A program made the translations under genes and the position numbers. Positions 38,670-48,919 of a stretch of DNA of 64,000 nt are shown one piece after another (the stretch's first letter is position 1; each line of letters opens with the position of its first letter). Under the pieces are notes generated by a model. It searched no databases. It was not told the DNA's origin and was given only the letters and a program-made list of their open reading frames with translations. The DNA comes from Patescibacteria group bacterium (GTDB lineage: Bacteria; Patescibacteriota; Minisyncoccia; UBA6257; JAAZHW01), in contig JAOAGL010000001.1 in the NCBI GenBank assembly GCA_026415775.1, positions 270,233 through 334,232 of the forward strand. The letters run 5' to 3'.

Positions 38670-39398
38670 TTAACGCGCAATAGTAAGACCTATAATTTTT
38701 TTAGCTCCATTATTTTTTAAAATTTTTGCTGCTTCTTGGAGGGTGGCTCCTGATGTAAAAACATCATCAATAAGAATAATATTTTGTCCGTTTATTAATC
38801 CCGGGCTTCTTACTTCAAATATATTTTTAATATTTTTATAACGCTGCTCGTAATTTTCTATTTTGGCTTGCGGCGGGTTATCAACTTTGCGGATTAAAAT
38901 ATTGTCTAGTATTTTAAAATTAAATTGGTGGGCAAAAATTTTGGCAATTTCTTCGCTTTGATTAAAACCTCTTTCGCACAGTCTTTTTTTATGTAAAGGT
39001 ATTGGTATAACAATATAACCTCCCCAATCCTCCTCAATTGTTTTAGTCGTTTTGGTCCAAAAAACATTTAAAAAATTTGCCAATGTGAAAGCGATTTCTT
39101 TAATATATTGGTATTTAAATTGATGAATTAAATTTTTAATTACGGGGTGGTCATAGAATAATGCGGAGCCCAAAAAGTCGAGGTGTGATTTTTTGTTAGA
39201 ATGCAGACATTTTTTAAAATCAACCACTCTTCTGAAGCAAATGGGGCAAATAAAACCTGAGTTAATGACAATGCTATCCAAACAATTATCGCATAAATAA
39301 AGTTGTTTTGCGGCAGGAATAAAAGATTGGCAATTAACGCAATAAATAGGAAAAAGACAATCAAAAATAAAATTTTTGACAATTTTTATTTTCATCAT
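38670..39398 (-). CDS. comF: ComF-family competence protein (double zinc ribbon + phosphoribosyltransferase domain)
   Basis: N-terminal Cys clusters (CVNCQ...CDNC...CPICFRRV) and the PRTase motif 'IILIDDVFTSGATLQEAAKIL'. Confidence 0.75.
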   Translation of the reverse strand: MMKIKIVKNFIFDCLFPIYCVNCQSFIPAAKQLYLCDNCLDSIVINSGFICPICFRRVVDFKKCLHSNKKSHLDFLGSALFYDHPVIKNLIHQFKYQYIKEIAFTLANFLNVFWTKTTKTIEEDWGGYIVIPIPLHKKRLCERGFNQSEEIAKIFAHQFNFKILDNILIRKVDNPPQAKIENYEQRYKNIKNIFEVRSPGLINGQNIILIDDVFTSGATLQEAAKILKNNGAKKIIGLTIAR

Positions 39399-39467
39399 TG
39401 TGGATAATTTTATTTAATATTTTATAATTGTTTTTTATAATAAAAAAGAGATAAAAAATTTTCAATT

Positions 39468-40508
39468 ATGCGTGTTTTGGGTATTGATATCGGGACAACA
39501 AATATTAAGGCGGTAGAATTATCTGGCACAGTTGACCAGCCAATTTTAGAAAACTATGGCATTTTAGAAACTTACGGATATCTTGAACGCAATAACGCCA
39601 CAATTCAAAGCAATTATTTTAAATTGGTGGAAGATGTAACAATTGATTTAGTAAAAAAACTCTTTTTGGTTTTAAAACCCAAAACCAAAAGGGCTGTTTT
39701 CTCTTTGCCGGTTTTTTCCAGTTTCATAACCCAATTTGACTTACCCTTTACAGACAAAAAAGAAATTGCTACGGCTGTAACTTTCGAGGCAAAAAAATAT
39801 ATACCCGTGCCATTAGAAGAGTTGGAAATTAGTTGGATGTTGGTTGGTCAAACTACAGAAGGAACAAAAGAGAAAAGTAATATTGTATTGGTAGCCACAC
39901 CAAGAGAATTGGTTGAAAAATATAGGAGAATAGGACAGGCAGTAGGTCTGAATGTGTTGGGCTGGGAAGTCGAAGGCATTTCGTTAATTCGTTCACTAAT
40001 CAAGGGTGATAAAAGAAATACTTTGATTATTGATATGGGAACACAGATTACCAATTTTTTTATTGTTGAAAATGGTTTTTTAGTAAGTTATGAAACTTTA
40101 AATATTGGAGGCGCAGAAATCACTCATGTTATTAGTCGAAGTCTAGGCGTTAATAAAGAAAGAGCGGAGGAATTTAAAAAGATAAAAGGTTTTAAGGTGG
40201 ATCCTCAAGAAATGGGTGTCGTTAATATTTTAATGCCGATTGTGGATAACTTTGGCAATGAAATTTTAAGAATGATGGATATTTATCAGCAAAAGAATAA
40301 TAAAAAAATCGAACGCATTATTATTACTGGCGGAGGAGCTAATATGCCTGGTTTGGTGGAGTATTTTGAGGATTTTTTGAATACTTCCGTTGAAAAGGGT
40401 TGGCCGTTTCAGGATATAAAGTATGTTGATTTCTTAGAGCCTCTTTTGCGCGATGTGGCACCTTTTCTTTCTATTTCCACAGGGGCGGCGCTTAAGGGCT
40501 TGGAATAG
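39468..40508 (+). CDS. pilM: type IV pilus assembly protein PilM (actin-like ATPase)
   Basis: 'MRVLGIDIGTTNIKAVEL' FtsA/PilM-type N-terminus. Followed by pilN- and pilO-like genes. Confidence 0.7.
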   Translation: MRVLGIDIGTTNIKAVELSGTVDQPILENYGILETYGYLERNNATIQSNYFKLVEDVTIDLVKKLFLVLKPKTKRAVFSLPVFSSFITQFDLPFTDKKEIATAVTFEAKKYIPVPLEELEISWMLVGQTTEGTKEKSNIVLVATPRELVEKYRRIGQAVGLNVLGWEVEGISLIRSLIKGDKRNTLIIDMGTQITNFFIVENGFLVSYETLNIGGAEITHVISRSLGVNKERAEEFKKIKGFKVDPQEMGVVNILMPIVDNFGNEILRMMDIYQQKNNKKIERIIITGGGANMPGLVEYFEDFLNTSVEKGWPFQDIKYVDFLEPLLRDVAPFLSISTGAALKGLE

Positions 40509-40536
40509 TCTGTAAAAAATATTATAATTTAAATAT

Positions 40537-41070
40537 ATGGCTGAGTTTCAAAATATAGATTTATACGCTAAAAAAAGATCTGGTGGATGGTTGGGTAGAT
40601 TATTAACCCTTTCAATAATTTTACTAATTATTTCTTTGGGGTTGTATTTTATTGCCGTATTTTATCAAAACTATCTAAATAAAAACATTAGTGATTTAAA
40701 CAATAAAATAAAATCTTTAAGCAATGAGATTTCCGAAACCGATAGAAGGGAAGTTCTAGGCTTTTATTCGCAATTAATAAATTTAAAAGCGCTGCTTAGT
40801 AATCATTTATATTCTTCCAAAATTTTTGAACGATTAGAATTGATTACTCATCCAAAAGTTGCCTTTTCCGCATTTTCTTATGATTATAAAAATAAAACTT
40901 TAAAAATAGATGGTTATTCAAATAATTTGGAGTTTTTGGCTCAACAAATGTTGGCATTTCAAAAAGTTTCCGAATTTAATAAGGTGAATTTATCCAACGT
41001 AAGAATAGCTGGTGATAAGGTCACTTTCGCTTTTGAAATTACTTTTAATCCCAATTTCGTTTTAAAATAA
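40537..41070 (+). CDS. pilN: PilN-like bitopic membrane protein
   Basis: Single TM after a short cytoplasmic N-terminus, a coiled coil, 177 aa. Position is after pilM. Confidence 0.45.
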   Translation: MAEFQNIDLYAKKRSGGWLGRLLTLSIILLIISLGLYFIAVFYQNYLNKNISDLNNKIKSLSNEISETDRREVLGFYSQLINLKALLSNHLYSSKIFERLELITHPKVAFSAFSYDYKNKTLKIDGYSNNLEFLAQQMLAFQKVSEFNKVNLSNVRIAGDKVTFAFEITFNPNFVLK

Positions 41071-41077
41071 TCAAACT

Positions 41078-41680
41078 ATGAAAGAAACAACAAAAAGAAA
41101 TTTTAGTTTAATACTGACAATCATATTCTTTTTAATATCCGTGATAACCTTCTTTAATTATACGTGGCCAAATTTACTTAAAGTTCTTGATTTAAATGAT
41201 AGTTTGAAGCTTGTTAAAGAAGAATATGCTCGTCAGAGCAAATCTTTACAGCTGGCGAAAGACATAATTAATCAGTATAAAAATTTATCAAACGTTAATC
41301 AAATGATTTCATTAACGCTCCCCAAAACCGACGAGCTTTTTAACGTTTTAGCACAATTGGATAAAATTTCTTCTGAAAGCGGAATATTAATCCAAAATAT
41401 CACCATTAAACCTCCTCTTCAAAGTGCAACATCCACGGCAACTGGTGTTGATGGTGGTAGTGCAAAAGCATCTTTAATTAACGCGGTTCAATCTGTTAAT
41501 GTTGATTTGTCTATGGTTGGCACATACGAATCTTTTAAAACTTGGTTAAATGCTATAGAAACTAATATAAGATTAATGGATGTTACCTCCATTAATTTTA
41601 CTGGCGTGGTTGCTTCGGAAAAAACAACAACTAATATTTTTAATTTCCGCGTCAATCTAAATTTTTATTATCAACCATAA
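41078..41680 (+). CDS. pilO: PilO-like bitopic membrane protein
   Basis: N-terminal TM, coiled coil, 200 aa. Position between the pilN-like gene and pilB. Confidence 0.4.
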   Translation: MKETTKRNFSLILTIIFFLISVITFFNYTWPNLLKVLDLNDSLKLVKEEYARQSKSLQLAKDIINQYKNLSNVNQMISLTLPKTDELFNVLAQLDKISSESGILIQNITIKPPLQSATSTATGVDGGSAKASLINAVQSVNVDLSMVGTYESFKTWLNAIETNIRLMDVTSINFTGVVASEKTTTNIFNFRVNLNFYYQP

Positions 41681-41681
41681 T

Positions 41682-42044
41682 ATGGAAACAGTAGAGCAAA
41701 AACCAAAAACAAATATTTTCATCTACGTTATCATAGTTATTCTTATTGCTGCTATTGCTATAGTTTATTTTGTATTTTTTGCACCTGAAAAAATTGCAAA
41801 AAAACAGACAACTGTTACAACTGTTAATGTCGCAACCCAAGAGACTGGAGCGATTACATCACAAACAACAACCGCAATAAAAACTACTGGTACAACAACA
41901 GCGGATATAACTGGTGGATTAAGCAGTTTAAAATTAACACCAGAAGAGATTTTAAACAATCCAATTTTTCAATCTTTGCATTCCTATGCTGAACCGGTAG
42001 AATTGCCCAGCCTGGGTCGTCCTAATCCATTTATTCCATACTAA
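41682..42044 (+). CDS. small Thr-rich membrane-anchored protein in the pilus operon
   Basis: TM (IFIYVIIVILIAAIAIVYFVFF) followed by a T-rich low-complexity stretch (TTVTTVNVATQETGAITSQTTTAIKTTGTTTADITGG). Confidence 0.35.
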   Translation: METVEQKPKTNIFIYVIIVILIAAIAIVYFVFFAPEKIAKKQTTVTTVNVATQETGAITSQTTTAIKTTGTTTADITGGLSSLKLTPEEILNNPIFQSLHSYAEPVELPSLGRPNPFIPY

Positions 42045-42051
42045 TTTTACA

Positions 42052-43812
42052 ATGATTCCAAATAAAAACTTTCTTGATTTATTGGTTAAAAATAACAAGA
42101 TAAACCAATCATTGGCTGATCGTTTATTAAAAGAAAGCCAAAATTTAAATCGCAATGTTGAAGATTTAATTTATGAACGCAATCTTATTTCTGATGAGGA
42201 AATAGCCAAAATTAAAAGCGAGTACTATAAAATTCCTTTAAAGACATTTACAAAAGAAGAAATAGTACCTAATGAAGTTTTGAATATTATCCCCGAGGAG
42301 GTTTCTCGAACCCACAAGATTGTTGCTTTTAAAAAAGAAAAGGATACTTTGTATGTCGGTATGCTTTATCCTGATGATACTAAGGCACAGGATATCTTGA
42401 AATTTATTGCTAAACAGAAAAAATTGAATATCGCCATTTATCTTGTTGCAAAGAGCGATTTAGAAAATTTGTGGAAAAATTATCGGTCATTTGCTACTCG
42501 CTTAAAAGAAATTCAAGATAGTGTAGAAATATTTAAACGCCAAGCAAAAGCAACCCACCAATTATATCAACAAAGAATTATTAGAATTGATGAAGCTAGT
42601 GGGGTGATTGCTGAAGAGGCGCCTGTGATTAAAATTGTTTCAACTGTTTTGGAAGAAGCGGTTAATGCCGATGCTTCTGATATACATATCGAACCGATGC
42701 GAAACAGATTAAGAGTGCGTTTCAGATTGGATGGCGACTTAAAAGAAATTATGAGCTTGCCCTTGGAATTGCAACCCGCCATTGTCGCTCGCATTAAAAT
42801 TTTGTCTGATTTAAAAATTGACGAAACACGCGTGCCTCAAGATGGACGATTCCGAACATTGCTAGACAATAAAGAAATTGATTTTCGTGTTTCAACTTTG
42901 CCAACTGCGTTGGGTGAAAAAGTGGCCATTCGTATTTTAAATCCTTATATCGGATTAAAAACAATTGAAGGGCTGGGTGTAAAAGACTACCATCAAAAGC
43001 TGATTCTAGAGGGAATTGAAAAGCCTTTTGGTATGATTCTTGTTACTGGTCCAACGGGTTCTGGTAAGACAACAACGTTATACGCTGTTCTCCAAAAATT
43101 AAATCAAGAAGACATCAATATTGTTAGTTTAGAAGATCCGGTAGAGTACTTTATTGAAGGATTAAATCAGTCTCAAGTTAAACCAGAAATTGGTTATAAT
43201 TTTGCTTCGGGGTTAAGACAGATTGTGCGTCAAGACCCTGATGTAATAATGGTTGGTGAGATTCGCGATAATGAAACGGCTGAATTAGCTGTGCACGCTG
43301 CCCTTACTGGTCATCTAGTGCTTTCGACGTTGCATACTAATAATGCTATTGGAGTTATTCCGCGATTAATTGATATGAAAATTGAGCCTTATTTGTTGCC
43401 AGCATCGCTTATTTTAATGGTTGCTCAGCGATTGGTTGGGAAGTTGTGTGATAATTGTAAACAAAAAGTTGAAGCCACAGGAATTTTAAAAGAAGAAATT
43501 GAAAAAACAATTGATTCACTGCCTTCGGAATTGAAAAAGAAATACAAAAAAGAAAAATACGAAATTTACTTACCACAGGGTTGTAAAGAATGTAATTTTA
43601 AGGGAGTGAAAGGCCGTATTCCCATTTTTGAAATTTTAAAAATGACACCGTCTTTAGAGCAGGTGATTTTAACTAATCCATCAGAAGCTAATCTCAAAGC
43701 CGAGGCGGAAAGGCAGGGAATGGTTACTTTGCGACAAGATGGCATTATCAAAGCTTTAGAAGGCATTGTTTCGGTTGATGAGGTTCTTAAAGAAACAGTG
43801 AAATTGGAATAA
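42052..43812 (+). CDS. pilB: type IV pilus assembly ATPase PilB (paralog 2, in the canonical operon)
   Basis: Walker A 'GPTGSGKTTT' and tetracysteine motif CDNCKQK...CKECNFKGVKGR. 586 aa. Confidence 0.85.
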   Translation: MIPNKNFLDLLVKNNKINQSLADRLLKESQNLNRNVEDLIYERNLISDEEIAKIKSEYYKIPLKTFTKEEIVPNEVLNIIPEEVSRTHKIVAFKKEKDTLYVGMLYPDDTKAQDILKFIAKQKKLNIAIYLVAKSDLENLWKNYRSFATRLKEIQDSVEIFKRQAKATHQLYQQRIIRIDEASGVIAEEAPVIKIVSTVLEEAVNADASDIHIEPMRNRLRVRFRLDGDLKEIMSLPLELQPAIVARIKILSDLKIDETRVPQDGRFRTLLDNKEIDFRVSTLPTALGEKVAIRILNPYIGLKTIEGLGVKDYHQKLILEGIEKPFGMILVTGPTGSGKTTTLYAVLQKLNQEDINIVSLEDPVEYFIEGLNQSQVKPEIGYNFASGLRQIVRQDPDVIMVGEIRDNETAELAVHAALTGHLVLSTLHTNNAIGVIPRLIDMKIEPYLLPASLILMVAQRLVGKLCDNCKQKVEATGILKEEIEKTIDSLPSELKKKYKKEKYEIYLPQGCKECNFKGVKGRIPIFEILKMTPSLEQVILTNPSEANLKAEAERQGMVTLRQDGIIKALEGIVSVDEVLKETVKLE

Positions 43813-43848
43813 AATTGGTTTATAATATAAAATAAAATAGAAAAACAT

Positions 43849-44922
43849 ATGGATTTATTTTATAAAGACAAATTAGAACAACTTTTAATGCTTACAGCGC
43901 AAGAAAGCGCTTCTGATTTGCATTTTTCGGTTGGCCGCAAACCAACTTTAAGAATTGATGGACGATTAGTTCCTATTGTTAAAGAGGAAGTTTACACAAA
44001 GGATATTGTGGCTGGTTTAGTTGATGCTCTTCTTCCAGCAGAAAAAAAAGAAGAATTTCTTAAAAATAGAGAAGTTGATTTTTCTTATACTTTATCCGAT
44101 AAAGCGCGTTTTCGTGTTAATGTTTATTTTCAAAGAGGCAATATGGCCGCCTCATTAAGATTTATTCCTTATAAAATTAGAACCATTGAAGAATTAAATT
44201 TGCCGCCAGTATTGCATGATTTTACTAAATATACTCAGGGATTTGTATTGGTGGTTGGTCCAGCAGGGCATGGCAAATCAACAACTCTTGCTGCCTTAAT
44301 TGATGAAATTAATCATAAAAGAACCACGCATATTATTACAATTGAAGATCCAATAGAATATGTTTTTATTCAGGATAGATCAATTATTGACCAAAGAGAA
44401 GTTTTTAGCGACACTCTGAGTTTTCATCGCGCTTTGCGTTCAGTTTTGCGACAAGATCCGGATGTAATTATGGTCGGTGAAATGCGCGACCCAGAAACAA
44501 TTCAAACTGCTATTACAGCCGCTGAAACTGGGCATTTGGTTTTTTCAACTCTTCATACTAATTCTGCTTCCCAGACAATTGATCGTATTATTGATAGTTT
44601 TCCAGCTTCACAACAAGCCCAAATCAGAACCCAGCTAGCTTCAACGTTAGTAGGTATTGTTTCTCAAAGATTAGTGCCGCGGTTAAATGGTGGTCGCGTG
44701 CCTGCTTGCGAGGTTATGATAACAAATTCTGCCATTCGCAATTTAATTAGAGATGATAAAGTTTATCAAATTGATTTAGTTATTGAAACTAGCATCCAAG
44801 AAAAAATGATTTCTTTAAATCGTTCGTTGGCAAATCTTGTAAAACAAAGCGAAATTTCTTTAGAAACAGCCCAATCGTATTCATTAAATCCGGCCGAATT
44901 AGCAAATCTTTTGGCTCGATAA
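43849..44922 (+). CDS. pilT: twitching motility/retraction ATPase PilT
   Basis: Shorter (357 aa) PilT/PilU-type ATPase with Walker A 'GPAGHGKSTT' and 'VGEMRDPETIQTAITAAETGHLVFSTLHTN'. Confidence 0.75.
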   Translation: MDLFYKDKLEQLLMLTAQESASDLHFSVGRKPTLRIDGRLVPIVKEEVYTKDIVAGLVDALLPAEKKEEFLKNREVDFSYTLSDKARFRVNVYFQRGNMAASLRFIPYKIRTIEELNLPPVLHDFTKYTQGFVLVVGPAGHGKSTTLAALIDEINHKRTTHIITIEDPIEYVFIQDRSIIDQREVFSDTLSFHRALRSVLRQDPDVIMVGEMRDPETIQTAITAAETGHLVFSTLHTNSASQTIDRIIDSFPASQQAQIRTQLASTLVGIVSQRLVPRLNGGRVPACEVMITNSAIRNLIRDDKVYQIDLVIETSIQEKMISLNRSLANLVKQSEISLETAQSYSLNPAELANLLAR

Positions 44923-44925
44923 AAT

Positions 44926-46137
44926 ATGGCTAAATTTAGATATACGGGTAGAAATGAATTAGGAGAAATTCAAAGCGGCGTTGTTGAAGCTGGCAATCGT
45001 GATTTGGCAATTCGAGTTTTGCAAGATAATAAAATTTACGTTCTGTCTCTTGAATCTTTGGAGAAAAAAGGATTTTTTGAAAATTTACTTAGAAGTTTTC
45101 AAAAAGTAAAAATCAAAAATCTGATGATTTTTACAAGGCAATTAAGCACTTTGCTTTCAGCTAAAGTTCAATTAATTGATGCTCTAAAAACTTTATACAA
45201 TCAAATAAATGACCCAATTTTAAGGGACGCTGTTTTTGATGTTTTTACTGATGTTGAAGGGGGGTTATATCTTTCCCAAGCCCTATCAAAACACCCCAGA
45301 GTTTTTTCTGATTTTTATATTAATATGATTAAATCCGCAGAATTATCAGGTCGATTGGAAGAAACATTAAATTATCTGGCTGATTATCTAGAAAAAGAGA
45401 ATAAATTAACCAGCAGATTTAGAAATGCTTTAATATACCCAATATTTATTTTAGTGGTTTTTTTGGCTGTTTTAATTTTGGTGGTTACCGTTGTGATTCC
45501 GCAATTAAAAAGCGTTTTTGTTGAAGCAGATGTAAAATTACCATTTCTCACGAGGTTTTTATTAAACATCGGTGATTTTATTTTAAATTGGGGTGTGGGG
45601 TTGATTATCTTTTTTGGCGCAGTTATTATCTTGCTTGTTAGATATATTAGAACAGAAGAGGGAAGGAGGTTTTGGCAGCAAACCACCCTTTCTATTCCTA
45701 TTTTAGGAGGCATTGTTAAAAAAGTTGCCTTGAGTCGCTTCTCTTCATCTTGTAGCGCTTTGATTAAAGGCGGTTTGCCAATTGCTAATTCTTTAGAAAT
45801 TGCTGGTAAAATTACAACAAACATTGTTTATGAAAAAATTCTTGCAAATACCGCTGAGGCCATTCGAACAGGTTCTTCCATTTCTCAATATCTTGCTCAA
45901 TATCCCGATTATTTTCCGCCAATGGTGATTCAAATGATTTCGGTTGGTGAATCCTCGGGGCGAGTAGAAGATTTATTAATGCGAGTGGCGGATTTTTATA
46001 GCAATGAAGTAGATCAGACAGTAAGCAATATAGCGGAAATTATTCAACCTATTCTAATTATTGCCTTGGGCGTTTTTATGGGCTTATTTATTGCCGCTGT
46101 GCTTTTGCCAATATATAATTTAGCCCAGGTCTTTTAA
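44926..46137 (+). CDS. pilC: type IV pilus platform protein PilC
   Basis: Duplicated GspF/PilC domain architecture with 3 TM segments. 403 aa. Confidence 0.8.
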   Translation: MAKFRYTGRNELGEIQSGVVEAGNRDLAIRVLQDNKIYVLSLESLEKKGFFENLLRSFQKVKIKNLMIFTRQLSTLLSAKVQLIDALKTLYNQINDPILRDAVFDVFTDVEGGLYLSQALSKHPRVFSDFYINMIKSAELSGRLEETLNYLADYLEKENKLTSRFRNALIYPIFILVVFLAVLILVVTVVIPQLKSVFVEADVKLPFLTRFLLNIGDFILNWGVGLIIFFGAVIILLVRYIRTEEGRRFWQQTTLSIPILGGIVKKVALSRFSSSCSALIKGGLPIANSLEIAGKITTNIVYEKILANTAEAIRTGSSISQYLAQYPDYFPPMVIQMISVGESSGRVEDLLMRVADFYSNEVDQTVSNIAEIIQPILIIALGVFMGLFIAAVLLPIYNLAQVF

Positions 46138-46195
46138 ATTTGATTTTAATATTTTAAAATATATAAAAGGTCGATTTATCAAAAAATAAATAAAA

Positions 46196-46657
46196 ATGCG
46201 TAATAAAAACAAAGGTTTTACTTTAATTGAAATGCTCGTCGTTATTGCGGTAATTGGTTTGTTGGCCGCGTTAATTTTGGTTGGTTTGTCCAGTTTTAGA
46301 ACCCGCGGTCGAGATACTAGAAGAATTGCTGATTTAAAAGAGGTGCAGAATGGTTTGGAAGTATATTATATGAAAAATGGTAATTATCCAAATGTTAATA
46401 CTTGGAGCGCATTAGAAACGGCGTTAGTTGGTGCTGGTATCGGAATCACAAGCATTCCTAAAGATCCAACAGCCACTTATAATTATGTGTATGGTGTTGA
46501 TGCAACTCAGCAACACTATGTAATTGGCGCAACAATTGAAGATGCAGCAGGTAACCAATCTTTATTGGCTAATGATATAGATGGTAACCCTGTTAATTTG
46601 GCGGGTGTTACTATTAATGTTAATTGTGAGGATCCTGTTTATTGTGTAGGAATGTAA
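46196..46657 (+). CDS. pilA: type IV pilin
   Basis: Class III signal peptide 'MRNKNKG|FTLIEMLVVIAVIGLLAALIL' followed by a ~120-aa globular domain with a C-terminal Cys pair. Confidence 0.8.
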   Translation: MRNKNKGFTLIEMLVVIAVIGLLAALILVGLSSFRTRGRDTRRIADLKEVQNGLEVYYMKNGNYPNVNTWSALETALVGAGIGITSIPKDPTATYNYVYGVDATQQHYVIGATIEDAAGNQSLLANDIDGNPVNLAGVTINVNCEDPVYCVGM

Positions 46658-47574
46658 GATTTATGGTTGGTGGTTTGTGTTTGATTGTGATTTTAATCGG
46701 GTTGGGAGTGGGGAGTTTTATTAATGTAATAACAACTCGCTTCCAGCCCGATTCTTATATTAAATTTTCTCAATTAGTCAGCGGTCGATCCCGCTGTCCT
46801 TTTTGTTTGCATCAATTAAGGTGGTATGATTTAATACCAATTTTTAGTTTTGTTTTTTTAAAAGGCCGATGTCGCTATTGTAAAAATAGAATTTCTTGGC
46901 AGTATCCTCTTGTTGAAATTATAACGGCTTTAATTTTTTTGGGTTTGTTTTTGAAAATTTATAATTTAACACCAGTGCGATTAGCTTTGGCGCAACACAT
47001 TTATTTTTGGCCGATTGTTTTGTTTTTTTTCTTTGCTATTTATTTAGCAATTCTGATTATTTTATCAATAATCGATTTTAAATATTATCTTTTGCCTGAT
47101 AATTATATTATTTTTGGTGTAGCGCTTGCTGTTTTAATGATTATTTCCTTTTATTTTATCAGTCAAAATCCAAATAACTATTTCTTTAATTGTGGCATTA
47201 ATTTCTTAGGTTCTTACATTGATTATTTTAATTGTCGGATTCCTTTTTTGTTGTCGCCGATTTTAGGGGCAATTTTAATAAGTGGCTTTTTGTTTTTAAT
47301 TTATTTCTTTAGTCGCGGCAAGGGGATGGGTTTTGGTGATGTAAAATTAGGTATTTTTATTGGATTAATCTTGGGTTTTACTAATAGCATTATAGCCCTA
47401 GCTTTAGCCTTTATTTTCGGTTCAATTGCTGGTATAATACTTCTAGTAGCCAAAAAAAGGACTTTAAAATCAATGGTGCCATTTGGTCCTTTTTTGGCGC
47501 TTGGTGTTTTAATAACTATTTTTTGGGGTTCAAATTTAGTAGATTTATATTTGTCTCTTTTTAATATTTTTTAA
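46642..47574 (+). CDS. pilD: prepilin peptidase PilD (A24 family)
   Basis: N-terminal zinc-binding CPFC...CRYC, polytopic membrane, catalytic Asp regions ('..IIDFKYYLLPD..', 'MGFGDVKL'). Overlaps the pilA 3' end by 16 nt. Confidence 0.8.
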   Translation: MCRNVRFMVGGLCLIVILIGLGVGSFINVITTRFQPDSYIKFSQLVSGRSRCPFCLHQLRWYDLIPIFSFVFLKGRCRYCKNRISWQYPLVEIITALIFLGLFLKIYNLTPVRLALAQHIYFWPIVLFFFFAIYLAILIILSIIDFKYYLLPDNYIIFGVALAVLMIISFYFISQNPNNYFFNCGINFLGSYIDYFNCRIPFLLSPILGAILISGFLFLIYFFSRGKGMGFGDVKLGIFIGLILGFTNSIIALALAFIFGSIAGIILLVAKKRTLKSMVPFGPFLALGVLITIFWGSNLVDLYLSLFNIF

Positions 47575-47579
47575 AAAAT

Positions 47580-48047
47580 ATGCGAGATATACCTATTTCA
47601 AATTCTTTATATTGGGGAGCAATTTCTTTTATGGCTGTTATTTTTGTGGCAACCGTTATTTTAAATAGCTACCTCTTTATGCTTGATAATCAATTAACCC
47701 AACAGGTTTATCTTTCACGAATTGAAGCGAATAAGGCGCGATTAATTCTACAGTATGACAGTAGAAATAAAAGAATTTTTGAGGGAGATGTGGTAATGGG
47801 ACGACTAAGTTTATATGATGCTCTTGTTTTATCATCGCGGGCGGGCAATTTGCAAATTGAATTTTCTAAATTACCAGATGGGAGAATCCATCTTTCTAAA
47901 ATCGAAAACTTCGCCAACAACGAAAGGCATTATTGGGAAATGAAAATACCAAATTTCAACTGGTCAAAACCGCTGAATGAGCCTGATATTGATTTAGCCA
48001 AAATTTTTATTAATGGCGGTACGACAGTCTATCTTATTTATAGATAA
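47580..48047 (+). CDS. hypothetical membrane-anchored protein
   Basis: N-terminal TM (ISFMAVIFVATVIL). No recognisable motif. Confidence 0.35.
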   Translation: MRDIPISNSLYWGAISFMAVIFVATVILNSYLFMLDNQLTQQVYLSRIEANKARLILQYDSRNKRIFEGDVVMGRLSLYDALVLSSRAGNLQIEFSKLPDGRIHLSKIENFANNERHYWEMKIPNFNWSKPLNEPDIDLAKIFINGGTTVYLIYR

Positions 48048-48052
48048 AAATT

Positions 48053-48874
48053 GTGGAAATTATCAATGGAAAAAATTTAGCTCAAGAAGTTTTAGATGAG
48101 TTAAAAAATTTTTTTCTACATTGCAAAATAGCTGTGGCGGTTATTTCTATTGGTAATAAAGAAGAAAATACGAGTTTTATTAAACAAAAACAAAAAGCCG
48201 CCGCTTATTTGGGAATAGAATTTTTTCATTTCCATTTTGATAAAAATCTTTCCAATAAAACTATTAGAAAAAAAATCAATGAAATTAGTAGAAAGAATTT
48301 TATAAAAGGGATTATTTTGCAGTTGCCATTGTCGGAAAAATTTAATACCAATGCTTTGGCCAATATAATTCCGATTAATAAAGACCCCGATGTCTTAAAC
48401 GAACGCCATTTTGGTCAATTTTGTTTGGGAAGGAGTAAAATTCTGCCGCCAGCAGTTGAAAGTTTAAAATTTATTTTCGAAAAATATAAAGTTGATTTTC
48501 AAAAGAAAAAAATTGGTGTTGTTGGCTTGGGACGATTAATTGGCTTTCCAATTGCTATTTGGTTATTAAGACAAAAATGCACGGTTTTTTGTGTTGATAT
48601 TAATACGGAAAATCCACAAGAAATTATTAAAAATTGCGATATTGTTATTAGCGGTGTTGGTAAAGCCAATCTAATTGATGAGAGATGGATTAAGAATGAA
48701 GCGATAGTGATTGACTTTGGTTTTGAGAAACAACAAGATACAATAAGTGGTGATGTTAATTTTGATTCAATAAAAAACAGAGTTTCTTTGATAACTCCGA
48801 CACCGGGTGGAATGGGTCCGATTTTGGTGACAATGATTTACAAAAATTTAAAGACATTAATAATGGATAAATAA
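48053..48874 (+). CDS. folD: bifunctional methylenetetrahydrofolate dehydrogenase/cyclohydrolase FolD (GTG start)
   Basis: 'GIILQLPL', Rossmann 'IGVVGLGRLIGFPIA', and C-terminal 'TPTPGGMGPILVTM' (FolD PGGVGP motif). Confidence 0.75.
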   Translation: MEIINGKNLAQEVLDELKNFFLHCKIAVAVISIGNKEENTSFIKQKQKAAAYLGIEFFHFHFDKNLSNKTIRKKINEISRKNFIKGIILQLPLSEKFNTNALANIIPINKDPDVLNERHFGQFCLGRSKILPPAVESLKFIFEKYKVDFQKKKIGVVGLGRLIGFPIAIWLLRQKCTVFCVDINTENPQEIIKNCDIVISGVGKANLIDERWIKNEAIVIDFGFEKQQDTISGDVNFDSIKNRVSLITPTPGGMGPILVTMIYKNLKTLIMDK

Positions 48875-48919
48875 GGCTTGTTTTTTTCGTGGAAGAAATT
48901 AAAATTAGGTTGATTAAGT

